Shown here: piece by piece, positions 61,543-64,000 of the stretch
Numbering within the stretch: position 1 is the first letter of the stretch
How the letters are laid out: each line of letters begins with the position of its first letter
DNA from: Octopus vulgaris
Lineage: Eukaryota
NCBI GenBank assembly: GCA_951406725.2
Contig: OX597826.1
Coordinates: 20,150,001 to 20,214,000 of the forward strand
DNA length: 64,000 nt
Direction of reading: 5' to 3'
Made by a program: the position numbers and the translations under genes
Notes under the pieces: generated by a model
Told to the model about the DNA's origin: nothing
Seen by the model: only the letters and a program-made list of their open reading frames with translations
The model's database searches: none

Positions 61543-64000
61543 GCTTGTACATGCTAATTTAATTAGCCAGAATTTTTGTCTTGAGGTTTGGTGACAAGAT
61601 GTCTTGTCAAACCTCAAGGACCTTCCTTATTATTATTATCATCATTAAAATGAAAAATCTTGCTAAGATATAAAAGGAAATGAGAAAAAAAACCCAAAAT
61701 ACAGTCTGTTAGGTGGTAGTCAAACCTTGATTGTTTGGTAATTAAGTGCCATGAAATGCCACCAAAAATGAATTCAAAGTCAAAAGTTCCAATGGAAATA
61801 ATTTCAGAAAGATATATGTCAGAGTTAATTAAATTTTAAGAAAATATATTTATTAATAATATTCATTTCACTCTGTAAATGGGTGAAAGAGCAAGAAGAA
61901 AAAAAGAGGAGATAGATAATAAAACTAAACCAAGAAATTTAAATTGCAAAATCAGTCCAGCTTTGAGGCGAAGCTAACGTTAACAGTTTATTCTGCTAAA
62001 ATAAATGGTGCATATATAATGAAAGTGACTTTGAAGTCATCTAAAATGGGAAATCAAAGTAAAAAAAAAAAAAGCATCTTTGCTTATATCAAATATGAAA
62101 AGTGATTTTTTTTCTTTTTCATCAAGGACATGATCACATCGCAGTTCAACTGTAACAACAATACTTTAGTATTTCTGCTATGTTGCAGTCCATTGTGCAG
62201 TATGTTAACATTATGTGCAGCAGAAGGCTGGTGCACATTGCTGACAAATGATCTTAACAAGAGCAGGTTTGCAGAGGAATTATACTTTTTAGTGTAAAAT
62301 GGGTGAATGTGTATTTTCTCAGAGGAAGTTGTCCTGTTACTAGTTATTGGAGAGTTTAGAACAAGGAGTATTCCATGTGGAGTATCATCTCATCAGAGTC
62401 TCCATTAATAACAAAATGGACAAAGGCTTTTTAGAATATATCTTCTTTAACTTCATCAAATGGAGTGTTCTTGTTGCTTGTTACTGGAGAGTTTGGAACA
62501 AGGAATGCTCCATGCAGAGAACTCATCCATCAGAGTTTCCAGTCATTTTTTAAAAAACAATATTCCTGAGTGTAAGTTTCTTACACATGGAGATTTACAC
62601 AAGTTGAATAACAACGAAGATTTTGGTGAGACATTCTCTGAAAAGAGAGTCTTTGAATAGGAGAAGTGGGTGATGCTAAGAAATGGCTATCAAACTCAAA
62701 CTACAAGAAAGAACTGGATTAATGGCACTATATATTGAGTCTTAACTGGTAAATAAACGAGAATAGTTGATTGCATATTGAGAGATCTAGGCGTGAGCCT
62801 AGCTTGTATTCCTTGTTTTTACCTTTTTAGTAAAGAATACTCCAAATGGCAGTGAGATTTATATTGAAAATATTCACCGATATTTACTGCTAGAAATATA
62901 TTCCTCCTCCTCTTATCATGAAGGCCCCTACCTTTGTTCAAAATAGTTGTACCAACCTTCTTTTCCACATAGTAATAATTTCTGTTTGTCTTGTCTCTCA
63001 ACTCTATAAATTATGTTAAACGGTAACCAATGGCAAACACTTTAATGAATGACTACCCATTGTTGCTTTTGTGGTTATTGTAATCAAACTCCAAATACTT
63101 TAGCATGTCCCACACATCAAGAACATACAATACAACTTAGAATATATTTAGTTTCCCAACAAAGAATACTGAAATTATATTTTATATTAAATTGGAGGAG
63201 GACAAAACAAATATAAAAAAGGCAAAACCCCTGAAATTTTTACTTTAATTTTAAATAACATTTATTTTAGATAAATAATTGTATAAACTTCGAAGATTAA
63301 AATAAAATGAATATTTAAAAGTTTGCTGTAAGTTCAGTCACAACTTCTTTATAACAAAATTTTAGCAGATTTTAAGTTTGTGTAACGTTATTTATGTGGC
63401 TCTTTGTAATTAAAATTGGTTGGATGTTTATAAGTTGGGGCTCTTACTAAGCAGCAGCTTGTTATGGAAGTTTAAACCCTAGAAAATAAAGTGAGAGGCT
63501 GATATATGTATATAATATAGTGAATAAATATTGTGTAATCCATTAAAACTACATCTTATAGATGAAAAGGAAAATCATTAGTGTTAATGATAATTCATGT
63601 CAAGGAAAGTAAGGGAGACAAATCTCAAATCTAAATTGATTAAAAATTAAATGTGGACATGCAGTGGTGAGTGAATCTGATCTTTTGTACATGAAAAGAG
63701 ATAACGTCAAACATATTTCTGTTTTATTAGTCCTCCTCAGTAAAACATTTTCAATCTTCCTTACCAGACTTTAGAATGACTGTGACAATGATAAGTTTTT
63801 CACTGAAAAAAATGTTCATTAATTTAGTAGTGAACAAAAAATGATGGAAAATTTGCTAGAAATGTCTTCTGTGAGAAGACTACATAGTTAACTGGTAACT
63901 AATGTTTTTAATTTGGTGAGCCTAAAACACAGAATGTGGTTAGGTGGTGTTTATTACTATCAAAGCAGTTTCCAAAAATTTCTCTCTCTCTCTCTCTCTT

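Overview
AT-rich, repeat-dense animal genomic DNA. The SINE/LINE families and microsatellite load resemble Octopus/coleoid cephalopod DNA (inference). One + strand protein-coding gene spans almost the whole window: an atypical dual-specificity phosphatase of the DUSP23 family. Its catalytic exons are 32309-32474, 36180-36286 and 59251-59454 (NFSWV motif, KDF acid loop, HCLMGRGRTG P-loop). Upstream candidate exons (12291-12439, 20165-20318, 25924-26055) give an unusual N-terminal extension. Exon 12291-12439 is open in two frames, and including or skipping exon 20165-20318 decides which frame joins the phosphatase; one product has a signal-peptide/anchor-like hydrophobic segment. The introns carry: a young 5'-truncated RTE LINE whose RT has an embedded PHD-type zinc finger; two inverted mariner relics; an R4/Dong-like fragment inside (TAA)n; Penelope-like element remnants with several minimal type I hammerhead ribozyme motifs and long foldback hairpins (28-33.5 kb); tRNA-derived SINEs; MITEs; and a ~3.3 kb (TA)n-derived satellite. 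Most short ORFs in the supplied track are microsatellite or repeat artefacts. All calls were read by eye, with no database searches.
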